Positions 32,482-44,443 of a stretch of DNA of 64,000 nucleotides are shown here, in pieces. The first letter of the stretch is position 1, and the number at the start of each line of letters is the position of its first letter. The position numbers were made by a program, and so were the translations under genes. The notes below the pieces were generated by a model that saw only the letters and a program-made list of their open reading frames with translations, ran no database searches and was not told where the DNA came from. Origin of the DNA: an uncultured Acidobacteriota bacterium (GTDB lineage: Bacteria; Acidobacteriota; UBA6911); assembly GCA_963827655.1 (NCBI GenBank), contig CAWHCF010000022.1, positions 288,001 through 352,000 on the forward strand, in the 5' to 3' direction.

Positions 32482-34047
32482 CTACTGCTGGGCCACGAGT
32501 TTCGCGTAGAAGGCCCTTCCCTCCTCGAAGCGTCCCAGAGCCAGGGCCTTGTCGGCTTCGCTCGCGAAGCGGTAGTTCTTCCGGATAAACCGGATCGACT
32601 GCTCGATGTCATCGACAAACGAGCCGGCTGCTTCCGCGCGCCTTGCCAGAGTCCCCTTGAGCGTGTAATAAACCGGGCTGGAGTGAGCAAAAACCGTGTA
32701 TCCGGCGTGAGTCCTGGCCTCGCTGCGAATGCGCGCGGCTAGCCAGCCGCCGCGCTCGACCGGGATTTCTTCTTGCAGCCGCGCTTCCCGCTGGTTGTGC
32801 GCCAGAGCTTCGGCCACCACGATGCCATCGCGGACGATTTCGAGCCGGTCGAAAGGAAGGCGCGACAGGGCGCGCGCAACGACAGTCAGGCGCTCCGGCC
32901 CCTCGAGCACCGACCCCGGCCCCTTCCCGTTCACCGTCAGGGAAAGCAGCGGACCGTTGGAAACGAACGTGCGGCCTGCCCGCAGGCCCGCAATCCAGGA
33001 GTCATAGTTAAACGAGCCTTCCACCTGGACGAAGACCCGGTTGTGATCGTAGATCCACCAGTCGGTGCCGGACGACGCCGGAAGTCGAAACCCGCAATTG
33101 AGAAGCTGGTAGTAGCGCGCGTAGTCGGCCTCGTTGCCGTCCGCGAGATTGAAGGCATCGACATGACCCAGCGCAACCGCCGTGGGCATTTCCATGCCGC
33201 CGCCGTTGTGACACCAGACCGTGGTGCCGCCAATCCGCCGGGCCTCGGCGCAAAGCATCGAAAGAGTCGGGAAATCGGGCGCCTTGCCGTCGCGCGAAAG
33301 CACACCGGTCGAAACCGGCTCCACCAGTCGAGGAATGTTCAAGAAGAGGCAGTGGCCGTAGCCCGTCCCCCAGGGCGTGCTGTTGTTGCGCGCCTCTTCT
33401 CCCATATCGATGAGGGTTCCGTGTTGTGAAAACTGAGGCAGGCGCCCAATCGGGTAGCGGTTGGTAATGTAGGGCGACTCGTTGCGAATCAGGTAGCTGA
33501 TCACGCTCACATCGAGCGCCTCGGCCGGGGGAACCAGCCGCAGCCTTTCGTCGGGATCTTCATCAAGCTCGAGATGGTAATGGGTATGGGTGTTGCCCGA
33601 ATACCAGCCGGAAGCCCCCAGATCCCAGAGCGCCGGAATCGTGAAGTCGGCCACACGAGTCAGTCCCGCGCCGACCTCGACCGCACTCAATACCGCCTCG
33701 TGGCAGATGCCGCGAACCACTTCGATGTCGTAGCGCCCAGGGGGGACCGCTATTTCGTAAGAACCGCGCGCGTAAAAGTAGTGCTTGACCGAGCCTCGCG
33801 TACGCTGCGGCATGGTCTTGATTGCCGGAGCCGGCATGAACGCTTCGCCCGAGTTGCTGACGCGCATCTTGGCCGCGACCGGCTTCCCCGACGCGCCGTC
33901 GCGCAGCACGCCACGGATGGTTCCTCGCGGACGGTCGTCCAGAAGCGCTCCGTTTAGAACGCCCAGCGGCAAGAGAAGACTTCCCGAGCCGAGGATCGAA
34001 ATCGACTGGAGAATTTCACGGCGCGAGCGATGCGGTATTTCTCCCAT
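32482..34047 (-). CDS. CehA/McbA family PHP metallohydrolase with Tat signal
   Basis: SRREILQ; WYSGNTHTH, GEEAR, YGH, WCHN, ASSGTD, GRTFVSNGP, FAHSSPVY. Confidence 0.85.
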   Translation of the reverse strand: MGEIPHRSRREILQSISILGSGSLLLPLGVLNGALLDDRPRGTIRGVLRDGASGKPVAAKMRVSNSGEAFMPAPAIKTMPQRTRGSVKHYFYARGSYEIAVPPGRYDIEVVRGICHEAVLSAVEVGAGLTRVADFTIPALWDLGASGWYSGNTHTHYHLELDEDPDERLRLVPPAEALDVSVISYLIRNESPYITNRYPIGRLPQFSQHGTLIDMGEEARNNSTPWGTGYGHCLFLNIPRLVEPVSTGVLSRDGKAPDFPTLSMLCAEARRIGGTTVWCHNGGGMEMPTAVALGHVDAFNLADGNEADYARYYQLLNCGFRLPASSGTDWWIYDHNRVFVQVEGSFNYDSWIAGLRAGRTFVSNGPLLSLTVNGKGPGSVLEGPERLTVVARALSRLPFDRLEIVRDGIVVAEALAHNQREARLQEEIPVERGGWLAARIRSEARTHAGYTVFAHSSPVYYTLKGTLARRAEAAGSFVDDIEQSIRFIRKNYRFASEADKALALGRFEEGRAFYAKLVAQQ

Positions 34048-34095
34048 AAACACTCCCTTACCGCGAAGACGCCAAGGCGCCAACGAGACGCCGCC

Positions 34096-37000
34096 TTAGA
34101 ATTCCATCTTCAAACCGAATTGCAGGATTCTCGCCGGAAGGGTGTCATCGATGACGCCGAAAAGCGGCGATCCCAGGGCCCTGCCGGGCTCCTGAAAATT
34201 GGCGTGGTTTAGTATGTTGAACGCTTCGAAGCGAAACTGGATATTGAAGTGTTCCTTCCAGCGATGGTTCTTGAGCAGCGAAACATCCAGGCCGGCAATG
34301 CCGGGCCCGGTCAGCAGGGCGCGGCCGGAATTACCGAAGGTGAATTGTGCCGGCGCCGCGACCGCTGAGGTGTCGAACCAACGGTCCAAGCTTCTCTCAG
34401 GATCCGGGAGTTCCGGGTTGCGGAGCAGGTTTACCCACTGCGAGCCGGGTGCGAAGGCGTTGGTGGAACTCGCCTGCGTTACCAGTCCATAGGGGCTGCC
34501 GGCCTGCAGGAGCAGGATGGTTCCGAGATTCCAGCCACCCAGGACCATCGATTGCGCACCCTGGCTCAGCCAGCGTCTTCCCTTTCCTATCGGCAGTTCA
34601 TAGACCGAGCTCCATACCAGGCGATTGCGCACGTCGTTGCCCGACAGAGATTTTTCCGCGCGGCGATTGTAAAGGTTCTGAATGCCGCCTGACACGACGC
34701 CGACCTCAAAGCCGGCCGCTACATCGTCGATGAACTTCGAGAAGGTGTAGTTAGCCAGAAAGTTCAGCCCATGAGAGAAGCGTTTTTCCACTTTGACGTT
34801 CAGAGCATGATAGCTGGAGTTTCCCCACATCGGCGTGAGCAAGGTTAGGTTTCCAAATTGGGGAAAAGGTCTGCGCACCTGGGCATTGCCCGCCCCCATG
34901 AGCGCCTCGGGAACCTGGTTGATATTCGTGTTGGGCCCGGGCAGCTTATGGCCGACGTTGCCCAGGTAACCCACTTCGAGCAACGTCTGCCATCCGAGGT
35001 CTTGCTGGATGGCAAGATTCCACTGCTGCGAATATCCCAGGGGGCGGGAAGTCTCAATGAACTGAGGAGCAAAACGAACCGGCTGACCCACGGGTACGGC
35101 GCCAAACTCGGGGCCGATTTGGGCGCGGCTCGTGCTGGGAAAGCCATCTCGCAACAAGAACGGGGGCGTGATTCCATTGTCCGGCGTGGAAAAATTGCCG
35201 CTGGTTTCAAATCCGGCGCTGGCGGTATTCGAACCGGGAATCGGGGGACCAAAGAAGACCCCATATCCGGAACGGATGATCGTCCGCGTTCCGAAGAGCT
35301 GCCAGGCAAATCCGATGCGAGGCGCAAAGTTGTTATAGTCCCCGTCGTAGACGTTTCGACCCATGCCGTCCCGGCCGGCGAAGGTGACCACGCCCGGGGT
35401 ATTCGACACCGGGTTGATCGCAACAGGGTCGAACCCATTCTGGCGATCGTTGATATCGAAGCGCGGCGTGTGCGTTTCCCAGCGCACGCCAAGGTTCAGG
35501 GTGAATCTGGAACTCACTTTCCAATCGTCGTGCACGAACAGGGCAAAATATTTGGCGCGCCGATCGAGCAGGTCGGTGTCGAGAATGGAGGCAGAGTTCG
35601 GAAATCCCAGAAGCAGGCTGGCGATTGCGTTCCCGGTATTGGTCACTCCTGGTTGTGAACTCGGCTGGTCACCGAAGTTGAGGGCGCCGGAAATCTGGCT
35701 ATTGAGGTCGTCAACATTGCGGGCCAATCGAACTTCACCGCCGAATTTCACGGAATGGGCGCCGCGAAACCAGGAGGCGTTCTCCACGATGTGGGTATCG
35801 TGTATGGGAATCTGGATCCGTTCCTGGGTGGCTGCTCCCATGGCACTGTACCCCGCCGGCGTGACACGCGGGAAAGCGCGATCGGAGACCCCCTTCAAGC
35901 CCAGTTTTGTCGGCCAGCCCTCGTCCAGGCCGAGCGCAAGGTTTTTGAACCGGCGCGGTTGCCAGTTGAAGCGGAAGTCATTGAGGAACGTAGCCGAAAA
36001 AGTATGAATCTCGTTGATCAACAGGCTGTAGGCGCGCCGATCGCTTTCATTGGCATTCGGGTCGGCCGCCGGCTCGTCAAAGGCCGGAGTAATATTGGTA
36101 GGAAAATCGTGCAGGATAAACCGGCCGGAGATTCGATCCTGGTTGCTGAGCTGATGATCAACCTTGGTGGTCCAGGTCGTGATATTCAGGGCATTGACCG
36201 CGTTCCGGCTGAAATTGTTGGCGCCTGCGCGATTGGTCGGCGGGCGGGTTGGAAGCGGGTATAACGCCACGATGTTTGCGCCCACGGGGTCGATGCGGCT
36301 GCTGGGAATCCGGTTCCCTTCAAACTGATCGCGAATCCTTTGATTAGGATTGGCTGGATTGGGGCGCGTCGTGTCGGGATTGTAAATGGGAATCAATGCC
36401 CCTGCGGCGGTGAACGTCTGCGAGAAATCACCGGCTCGTTGAAGTTCGGTGGGGACCGTCAGGAGGCGGTTGACTCCGATTCGCTGGCGCTGCCACTCCG
36501 TGGAGGTAAAAAAGAAAGTGCGGTTCTTGATGACCGGGCCGCCCACGGCAAAACCGAAGATGTTCCAGCGCAGCGGCTCTTTCTCGTCGGAGAAAAACCT
36601 GCGCGCGTCCAGCACGTCGTTGCGGAAGAATTCGTACAGATTCCCGTGCAAGCGCATTCGTGCCCGATTTGGTTGATATGGAAACGACTCCGCCGCCGCT
36701 GTTGCCGAACTCAGCCGAGTAGTTGTTCTGCTGAACCCGAATTTCCTGCACGGCGTCGACCGGCGGATTGAAGAGCGCTTGAGGGATTTCCAGAGCGATA
36801 TTCGAAGAGTTGACGCCGTCGATCATCCACTGTTGATGGTCCGCGCGCCCGCCGGCGATCGTCACTCGCGGGCGGATCACATCGCCGCTGACGAAAACGG
36901 CATTGCCCATCAGTCCGAGAAGCTCTCCCACACGGCGTCCGTTCAGCGGCATGTCGACGATGGTCTTGTTTTCGATAAACTGGCTGACGGTCGAGCTTTC

Positions 37001-37378
37001 GGATTCGAGCAAGGGGGCGGCGCCGCTCACTTCGACCGTCTGGGCCACCTGGCCGAGCTCGAGCGAGAGATCGAGTCGCGTTACGCGCCCGAGCTCGAGA
37101 ACGAGACCCGAACGCGAGTACATGCGGAATCCCGTGGCGGTCGCGGCCAGGCGGTAGCGTCCGGGCGGAAGCAAGGAGAACGTATACTCGCCTTGCGCGT
37201 TCGTCACCACCGCCGCGCTGACGCCGGTGTCTTCGTTGGTGAGTTCCACGTTGATTCCAGGCAGCCGGGCCTGACTCGGATCGGTGACGATCCCTGTCAG
37301 CGTAGCGCTGGAAACCTGGGCCCAGGCAACTGTTTCGAATACAAGAAAGGCGAGAGCAACCAGCGGCAGGCGACCCAT
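34096..37378 (-). CDS. Oar-like TonB-dependent receptor with carboxypeptidase-regulatory-like N-domain (frameshift near 36660)
   Basis: Signal peptide; MPLNGR, DAVQEIRVQ..YSAEFG, HGNLYEFFRN..LDA, NNFAPRIGFAW, RILQFGLKMEF terminal Phe. Confidence 0.93.
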
Positions 37379-37531
37379 GAGACCCTCCCTCGTTTGCCCC
37401 GATCTTATACCAGCAGTCCGCGCTGTTGGGTAGGGAGAATCCTGCTTAACCACGAAGGCTCGAAGACGCGAAGAATCTCTTGTCTTAAGAATTCGGCAGG
37501 ATGGAGACGTAAAGATCAACCCCTGTCCGGA

Positions 37532-37774
37532 CTACCGAGCGGCGAACTCATCGCGGGCGTACGACTCGAGGTACCCGCAGGAGTCGCAGCGGAAGGTGCC
37601 GATGGGGATGATCAACTTCTCGGACACCTTGGTGCCGGTCCAGAACGACTTCTCGGGCGCGCCGGCCCCCCAGTGGCTGACCCCCCGCGACCCGTACCCG
37701 TAGTTGTTGTCGAGGACGAAACCCTGCTTCATCAAACCCCCGCACTTCGCGCACCGCTGAGATGAATCCGCCAT
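37532..37774 (-). CDS. Small Zn-ribbon protein (PF20097-like)
   Basis: CAKCGGLMKQGFVLD...TFRCDSCGYLESYA; GAAGGAG RBS-like sequence upstream. Confidence 0.75.
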   Translation of the reverse strand: MADSSQRCAKCGGLMKQGFVLDNNYGYGSRGVSHWGAGAPEKSFWTGTKVSEKLIIPIGTFRCDSCGYLESYARDEFAAR

Positions 37775-37973
37775 CGCCTTCGCTCCTTCCGTTAGCCAGC
37801 CGACCCCTATCTTACCTCGATCGATGCCAGCAACGGTTGGGTTCGGTCACTTCCGCCTTGAGGAGCGAATTAGCGTCTGTTCGGAAACCGACCTGGTCGT
37901 TGAGAGATCGTTTTCACGTGCTGCGGACGTAATCCGGCGGGGCATTTGAAGGAAGGTCGAGAGCGGCATCCCG

Positions 37974-38063
37974 ACTCTGATGTGACGACGGGTCATCAGA
38001 GACTGTTGCAAAAAGTCTCCCGATTACACTGTGCCGGACGGGCTTCATAGCCCGTCCGCACAT
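37974..38063. repeat. Three consecutive hairpins (terminator/REP-like) downstream of the BON gene
   Basis: ctctgatg..catcagag; gagact-gttgcaaaa-agtctc; cggacgggct-tcat-agcccgtccg. Confidence 0.55.
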
Positions 38064-38114
38064 AAACACCCTGGGCCTTCCGGCCTGATGTTCGCGGGCG
38101 GGTCGGCGATTCTA

Positions 38115-38513
38115 CTACTCCTTGATCGTCAGCCGCGGCGTGACGCTCTTCACACCCTCGACGCTCTTGGCAAGCGCAACCGCCTTATCCGCTTCGGCCT
38201 TCGTGTTTACGGTTCCCGTCAACGTGACGTTGCCATCTTTGGTATCGACATTGATGTCGAATGCGTCAACCGTCTTGTCGGCGGCGAACTTCATCTTGAC
38301 CGCGGATGTCGTCGTGGCGTCATCGGTCTTGTCCGCCACTTTCTTGCCGACCTCGGCGGTCTTCTGGCCGACGTCCTCGGCCTTGTCACCCACTTCCTTT
38401 CCCGCGGCAACCGTAGCATCCTTGGTGGTGGATCCGGTATTTCTCGCCGTCGCGCAGGCAGCCGACAGGGCAACAACAAACGACAGACTCAGTACAGCCA
38501 GGTAGTTCTTCAT
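38115..38513 (-). CDS. BON domain (OsmY-like) lipoprotein
   Basis: LSAAC lipobox; DDATTTSAVK..INVDTKDGNVTLTG..AKSVEGVKSV. Confidence 0.92.
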   Translation of the reverse strand: MKNYLAVLSLSFVVALSAACATARNTGSTTKDATVAAGKEVGDKAEDVGQKTAEVGKKVADKTDDATTTSAVKMKFAADKTVDAFDINVDTKDGNVTLTGTVNTKAEADKAVALAKSVEGVKSVTPRLTIKE

Positions 38514-38772
38514 AGTTTTTTCCCTCATGTTTAAAAGTGCACCACATCTTCAAACCCCTGAAGGAAGGCAAACGCGATGCCAGTACCGGGGATCACTCTC
38601 AACTTATACTGTGGCCGGAACTAAGCCTTCCTTGATGTGATGCGAATACGCGGGGCCTGATCGCGTCATTCCGCGAAAATATTCCCTTGCGGGTGTTTGC
38701 GTTTTGCACCCAGGCCGTTTTGCGTCTTCGCGTCTTTGTGGTGGGTTTGTCACCCAGGGCCGCTCTGATAGA

Positions 38773-40938
38773 ATGACGCTCATGCAATCTGAGGCCAATC
38801 TCGTTGAACTGGAATCAGTCCTGAGAGAGAAATTCGGTTATGGCAGTTTCCGCCCTGGGCAGCGCGAATTGATCGAAGCTGTGCTGGCCGGGCGCGACGC
38901 TCTCGGAGTGCTTCCAACTGGAGGCGGCAAGTCGCTCACCTATCAACTCCCTGCGACGCTGCTGAAGGATGTCACTATAGTGGTCTCACCCCTTATCGCC
39001 CTCATGACCGATCAGGTGGAGGCCTTCAACCGGAGAGGCGGACCGCTAGCGGTGGCGTTGCATTCGAACCTACCTCCTGGTGAAGCTGCCAGAGTCCTGG
39101 CCCAGGTTCGCGGGGGCAGAGCCAGTCTCCTTTATGTCGCGCCCGAACGGTTAGAGCTGCCGGGATTTCGCGAGCTGATGGTGGCCCTGAAACCCAAGCT
39201 TTTTGTGATTGACGAAGCTCACTGCGTGAGCCAATGGGGCTACGATTTCCGCCCATCGTACCTCGCGTTGCAACAGATTGTGTCCGCGCTTCGGCCCGGT
39301 CCGGTCCTGGCGCTCACCGCCACAGCGACGCCGGCGACGCAAGGCGATATCGTAAGAGGCTTGAACCTTGACCACCCATTGCTGTTCGTCGCGCCTTTCG
39401 ATCGACCGAATCTGAGCTTTGAAGTTCACCCGTGCAAGGCCGGCGACAAACCGCGCCGCTTGCTCCAGCTCGTGAGAGAGCAGGCCGGGAAAGGCTCGCA
39501 AATCGTATACGTCGGGCGGCGGAAAGATGCCGACGAGATCGCGGCCACGCTCTCCAGCTATGGGCTGGGTGCAGTTCCCTACCATGCCGGCATGGCCGCT
39601 CGCCAACGCCAGGCTGCTCAAGAAGCGTGGCTCTCGGGAAAGAAACCGATAGCCGTGGCCACAGTCGCCTTTGGGATGGGAATCGACAAGCCGGACGTGC
39701 GGTCAGTGATCCATTACCAGCATCCGGCGTCGCTCGAAGCCTATTATCAGGAAGCGGGGCGCGCCGGACGCGACGGCGCTCCGGCGCGGTGCATCACGCT
39801 CTTCAGTACCAAGGACGTATCCCTGGCGCACTATTTCATCCGCAATCGCTACCCGAGCCGCGACCAGGTCGTTCACGTGCTGCAAACCATCCCGCCCGAT
39901 GGAACCTCCCCCGATACGCTGAAGTATGGCGCCGGCGACCTGAGTGACGAGCAAGTCAAAGTTGCGCTTCTCGCACTCCTCGAGCAAGGGCGCATCCGGC
40001 GTGACGAGCACGGGAATTTCAGGCGTGAGAAGCTCACTCGCGCCAGCCTCAACTTTTCTCTTAACGCGATGTTCGCCCGCAAGAATGCCGACTACCGCCG
40101 TCTTGACGCCGTGGTCGCGTACTGCACCGATACCAGCTGTCACCGGGCGTACATCCTGCGCTATTTCGGTGAACGCCTGGCGGAAGCCTATCGTTGCGGA
40201 AACTGTTCGGCCTGTTCCGGCGGCTCCTCCAGGACAGGCTGGGCGGCTTCGCAGGAAGAAGCGGGAAGCATTTACCAGGCGCATCGTGATGCGCTGGAAA
40301 GCGGAGCCGCCATCAGCTCCGAGATGTTCGCCCGATTTCTCCGCGGCCGCGCCTCCAGGAAAATACCGTCATCCTGGCGTCGACTCGCCGGGTTCGGCGC
40401 TTTTTCGAATACGCCGATGAGCGACCTGCGCGCTCTGGCGGTCCGGGTTCTGGAAACTCAAGCGGCGCGACCCCCGGCAAAGAGGGCCGCCGCGCAAGTT
40501 GTCTCGGGCGGGAGTATCACACAAGACGCAGGCATCCGGACACGCGGCCCGAGCGAAGATCCTGAATCATCCGGCAACGAGAAAGCCCCCTTCTGGCGAT
40601 CGAATGAGCGCGCGTTCTCGAGCAGACGAGTTAAAAATCGGAAGGTGCCCCGCACCGTTGGTCTATGCGTGCTCGGGCTCGTGGCCGAGGTGGAGGGGAG
40701 GCTCTCGCCTTCAGGAGTCGCAAACCTGCTGCGAGGCTCGCGCACTTGCAGCGCGGTCAAGACCGAGCCGGAACTCGGGAATTTGAAGCACTTCGGCGTA
40801 CACCGAGAATCGAGCTACGCGGAGCTCTTGCCCGACGTTCTGGCAATGTATGCCAAAGGGTATCTCGGCAAATCCGGCGAGAGGAGCAAGAGGCTTGTGC
40901 TCACGCCCAAGGGACGAGCTGTGCTGGATCGATACTGA
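38773..40938 (+). CDS. recQ: RecQ-family ATP-dependent DNA helicase with atypical C-terminus
   Basis: FRPGQ, PTGGGKS, DEAHCVSQWGYDFRP, TATA, FGMGIDKPDVR, YYQEAGRAGRDG, Zn motif CHR..YFGE..CGNCSAC; no obvious HRDC. Confidence 0.9.
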   Translation: MTLMQSEANLVELESVLREKFGYGSFRPGQRELIEAVLAGRDALGVLPTGGGKSLTYQLPATLLKDVTIVVSPLIALMTDQVEAFNRRGGPLAVALHSNLPPGEAARVLAQVRGGRASLLYVAPERLELPGFRELMVALKPKLFVIDEAHCVSQWGYDFRPSYLALQQIVSALRPGPVLALTATATPATQGDIVRGLNLDHPLLFVAPFDRPNLSFEVHPCKAGDKPRRLLQLVREQAGKGSQIVYVGRRKDADEIAATLSSYGLGAVPYHAGMAARQRQAAQEAWLSGKKPIAVATVAFGMGIDKPDVRSVIHYQHPASLEAYYQEAGRAGRDGAPARCITLFSTKDVSLAHYFIRNRYPSRDQVVHVLQTIPPDGTSPDTLKYGAGDLSDEQVKVALLALLEQGRIRRDEHGNFRREKLTRASLNFSLNAMFARKNADYRRLDAVVAYCTDTSCHRAYILRYFGERLAEAYRCGNCSACSGGSSRTGWAASQEEAGSIYQAHRDALESGAAISSEMFARFLRGRASRKIPSSWRRLAGFGAFSNTPMSDLRALAVRVLETQAARPPAKRAAAQVVSGGSITQDAGIRTRGPSEDPESSGNEKAPFWRSNERAFSSRRVKNRKVPRTVGLCVLGLVAEVEGRLSPSGVANLLRGSRTCSAVKTEPELGNLKHFGVHRESSYAELLPDVLAMYAKGYLGKSGERSKRLVLTPKGRAVLDRY

Positions 40939-40962
40939 CCAATCGCACTGCGAATTTCGCGA

Positions 40963-43900
40963 CTACTGTGTCCCGCGTTTTCCGCGATACGTGATCCACA
41001 TGGGCGAAACCCAAACGATCTCGCCATCCGCCTGCTCGCCGCGAACATAGTAGTAACTGGTCTTTCCCGGCTCCGCCGCCGTATCCCGCCAGGTGAGATC
41101 CACAGACGCCGTCTTGGGCTCCGTCGTGTACACAAACCGATTATCCTTGATGACGTGTACCTTGGCGAATGGCGCGGTGCCAACCAGCTTCAACGTAAGC
41201 GAAGGCCAGTCCGGCGTTTCGAATTCGTCCCCCATCATGTGCTTGCCGCTGCGCAAGTCGGCGAGAATGTCATCGGTCGCTGCATAGACGTGCCGTTTCT
41301 GAAACGCTTCGAGCACTGCCTCGCGCGTCGGTGCCGAAACATACACATTGCAGTAGCTCATGTGCGTCGAAACGTGATCCGAACTCGCCTGGAATCCAAG
41401 CTTGTATCCCTTTTCAAGCGCAAGCGAGACAAAACCCTTGGGGCGCCATCCTCCGATCGAGTCTTGCTCGTTGTTGGAGCGAGGGGCTTGCGGCATTTCG
41501 TAGTTCTGCCTCAACGCCTGGTAAATCTCGACGATGGGTTCAGTCCGTGGGTCGTTATCCCGCCAGTCGGTCCCCATGTTGGTGGCGCTGGTGTGAACCG
41601 CCACGATGCCGTTGAAATGGCGTAGATACTTGTAAAGCATCTGCGTGTCGGGGGCTGGTCCGGTCGAGTCGTCGGCCACCTTGGGGAGCCGCGGCAACGT
41701 GCGTACGCCGCGCTGGGCGAAGATGATGTTTCGATGACCCTCCGGGTATGACACGCTCCGTTCGTAGTTGAACATCGGAGTGAAGACGCCCGGCTGGTGA
41801 AATATATCGGTCAGCTTCTGCGTGATCCACCAGGAGTATTCCCGGCCGAACCCGTTGTCGTGGTCGCAGCAGCCAAGCCAGTCGAGCGCGGCAGCATCCA
41901 GGGAGTAGCGCCAGGCATCCCAGATCGAGCCGTCTCGCGCCGCATCCATCGAGATTTCTGTGTGGCGGTGGAACTCGCCGCGAAGAACACGGTAATCGAC
42001 GCCGTTGATCCGGGCGCGATAGTCGCGCAGCCGTCGTACGTGGGCCCCCTCCGGCTCTACCGCCGCAGGGCCGGTCTCGCGCGCGGCCGATTCGAGCTTG
42101 GCGGGCTTGACCTTTTCGGCCAGGACGATACGGGAGGCATAAAGATCGTTGTTGTAACGATCGTCAAAAGTAGCGAACTGTTGGGTCGCACCGTAGACAT
42201 TGCGCAGGGTCTGATCAAACTGTTGCCGCCCATCGGAGGATCGTACAATCAGCAGCTCGCCCGCGGCCGTGGAAGCAAGAGCCGGTCGATTGTCCAGAAG
42301 GTTGTCGCTGTGCGGGATGAAGATCGGAAGCGTCCAGGAAGCGCCGTCGAACGAGACCACGTTCTCGAACCACACGGTTCCGATCGAGGTCCACCAGATC
42401 GGCTGAGCGGTACGGTAGGCGAGCCACACCCGGCCTCCCCGATCCGACAGCAGCCGCGGGATAGCTGTTCAGCGGGCGCGGCGGAGGCTGCGGCGGCGCG
42501 GCTGGGCGCGCGGTTCTTGGCCAATTGAGGATCGGGCTGTGTTCCCTTTAAACCCTTCTCCCTGGCGTTCCGTCGCGTCCACCATTCGGTTAGGAACACC
42601 GGGCAGAACCGCCCCTAGATTCCCGGGCACAAACGCCTGCTCTCCCTGCCATACCTTCACTTGAATCCAGCGCCCCTGATAGAGCGCCATTCCCGTGGTT
42701 TCGTGGGCGCCAAAGTCTTTGCCCCAGCTCTCGTCCGATTCTTCCCACGCCACCCATAAACGACCGGATTCATCATAGGCGAGGGAAGGGTAAGCCTCAT
42801 AGCGAGCGCTCGCGGCGGCCGGAACCTCCGTTCCGGCGCGGCCGGAGGCGTCGAAGGTGCGAAAATATACGTCGTAGTTCCCTTTCCGATAGCTGTCCCA
42901 GGCCACAGCGACCTCGCCTTTGGGAGAGGCCGCGATCGCAGGATTCCACTCGTTGCCGGCGGATGAAGCCACGGTTAACTCCTCCGCAAAAGACGTCCCT
43001 TGCTGGCGCGACGCGCGAATTTGCGAGCGTCCGTTTCGAAATGCCTGCCATGCCACCCAAACCCGTCCCTGGGCATCCGTGGCGGCGGCGGGCACGATGT
43101 CTGCGCCGCGGTCCGTCGAAAGGCGCAGCGTTTTTCCAGGCTTGCCGGCTTCAAACGGGCGCGCATAAAGGTCGAAATTCCCGCCGGTGTTGGCCGACCA
43201 GAAGACCCATACGCGATTCGATCCATCGACCGCGACGGCCGGCTTGTAGAGATCGCCGCGAGCTTCGGAGACGGAAACCGGTTCCGACCACTTGCCGTCC
43301 GAATAGCGCGCAAGAAGAATCTGGTCTCCCCCGGTCGGCTCAGCCAGCTCAGCCAGGTTCTTGGGAGCCTCCGGGATGCCCAGACGAACGCCGGTGAATT
43401 TGGCATTGGGAGTGAACTGAAGATATGCGATCCAGAGGTTACCGGCTTGATCCACGGCCGCCGCCGGATAGTCCTGGTCTTCGCGCGACCGCGAGACCTG
43501 AGTGGTCGCCGGAACGCGGTCCACCATGACGCGGCCATCCAGAAACTTCGCCGAGGTGCCGTAGGGGACGTCCGCGGGCCGGAACTGAAATTTCCCCTGG
43601 GTCGTGTCCACCCGCACTTCGGACGCGTCGACGAGCTTGCTGAAGGTAGCGACCACGCCGTTCGCCGCTACCGGTCGTTCCGCGGCAGCGCCAAAGACGC
43701 GCACCTGGTGCGTCGAAATCTTCCAGCCCGAGGTTCCTTCCAGCCGATCCTCCTCGTCGAAGCGCCAGGGTTCGAGACGCGCGACAGAGCCCGGCGAGAC
43801 CACCAGGGATCCATCCCATGGAGTCGGCTTTGTGTCTGTGAGCCCAAGCAAGATCCGGAAGCTGATCTCTTCCTCGGGCGCCGCCGGAACCGGCGGCGTG

Positions 43901-43995
43901 GCGGCGGAACCCTGAGGACTGGTCCCGGATTGGAAGCTCAACAGGAACAGAGGAAGGAGCGCAAACAAAAACCAAAGGCGTGAAACCCTGGCCAT
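40963..43995 (-). CDS. Secreted beta-propeller + PHP-like (DUF3604-like) metallohydrolase, paralog 2 (frameshift near 42450)
   Basis: FRILLG.TDTKPTPWDG; propeller blades; GEFHRHTEIS, CCDHDN, YERS..GHRN, AVHTS, ASSDH, YYYVRGEQADGEIVWVSPMW. Confidence 0.85.
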
Positions 43996-44173
43996 TTGTG
44001 ATTCCCTCCAGGTTGGATTCTCGTTGGACTGGGATTGAAACTAACCCCAATCGGAACAGAATTTCAACGGTTTTCAGCCGACCGTTACTTCCCCGAGGCG
44101 AAAGCGGCGATTCTACTATCTAATTGGCTCCACTTCTGGTAGAATTGTGGCTACAAGCGAGCGGGGTGCAATA

Positions 44174-44443
44174 ATGGCGCGTGTGGGAATAAGAGCTCTA
44201 AAGAACGACCTGAGTCGGTATCTGCGCCGCGTGCAGGCGGGTGAACGGATCGTGATCACGGATCATGGCAGACCGGTAGCCGCTCTCACGGCCGCGGAAG
44301 ACCCGGGCGAAGCCTCCTGGGCCTGGAACTTAGTTGAGGAGGGATTTGCAGCATGGAACGGAGGTAAGCCTCTCGGCTGTCACAATCCGCCTCGTGTACG
44401 CGGGAAGACGGCAGCCGAGATCGTGCTTGAGAACCGACGATGA
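44174..44443 (+). CDS. Phd/YefM family antitoxin
   Basis: VGIRALKNDLSRYLRRVQAGERIVITDHGRPVA. Confidence 0.9.
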   Translation: MARVGIRALKNDLSRYLRRVQAGERIVITDHGRPVAALTAAEDPGEASWAWNLVEEGFAAWNGGKPLGCHNPPRVRGKTAAEIVLENRR

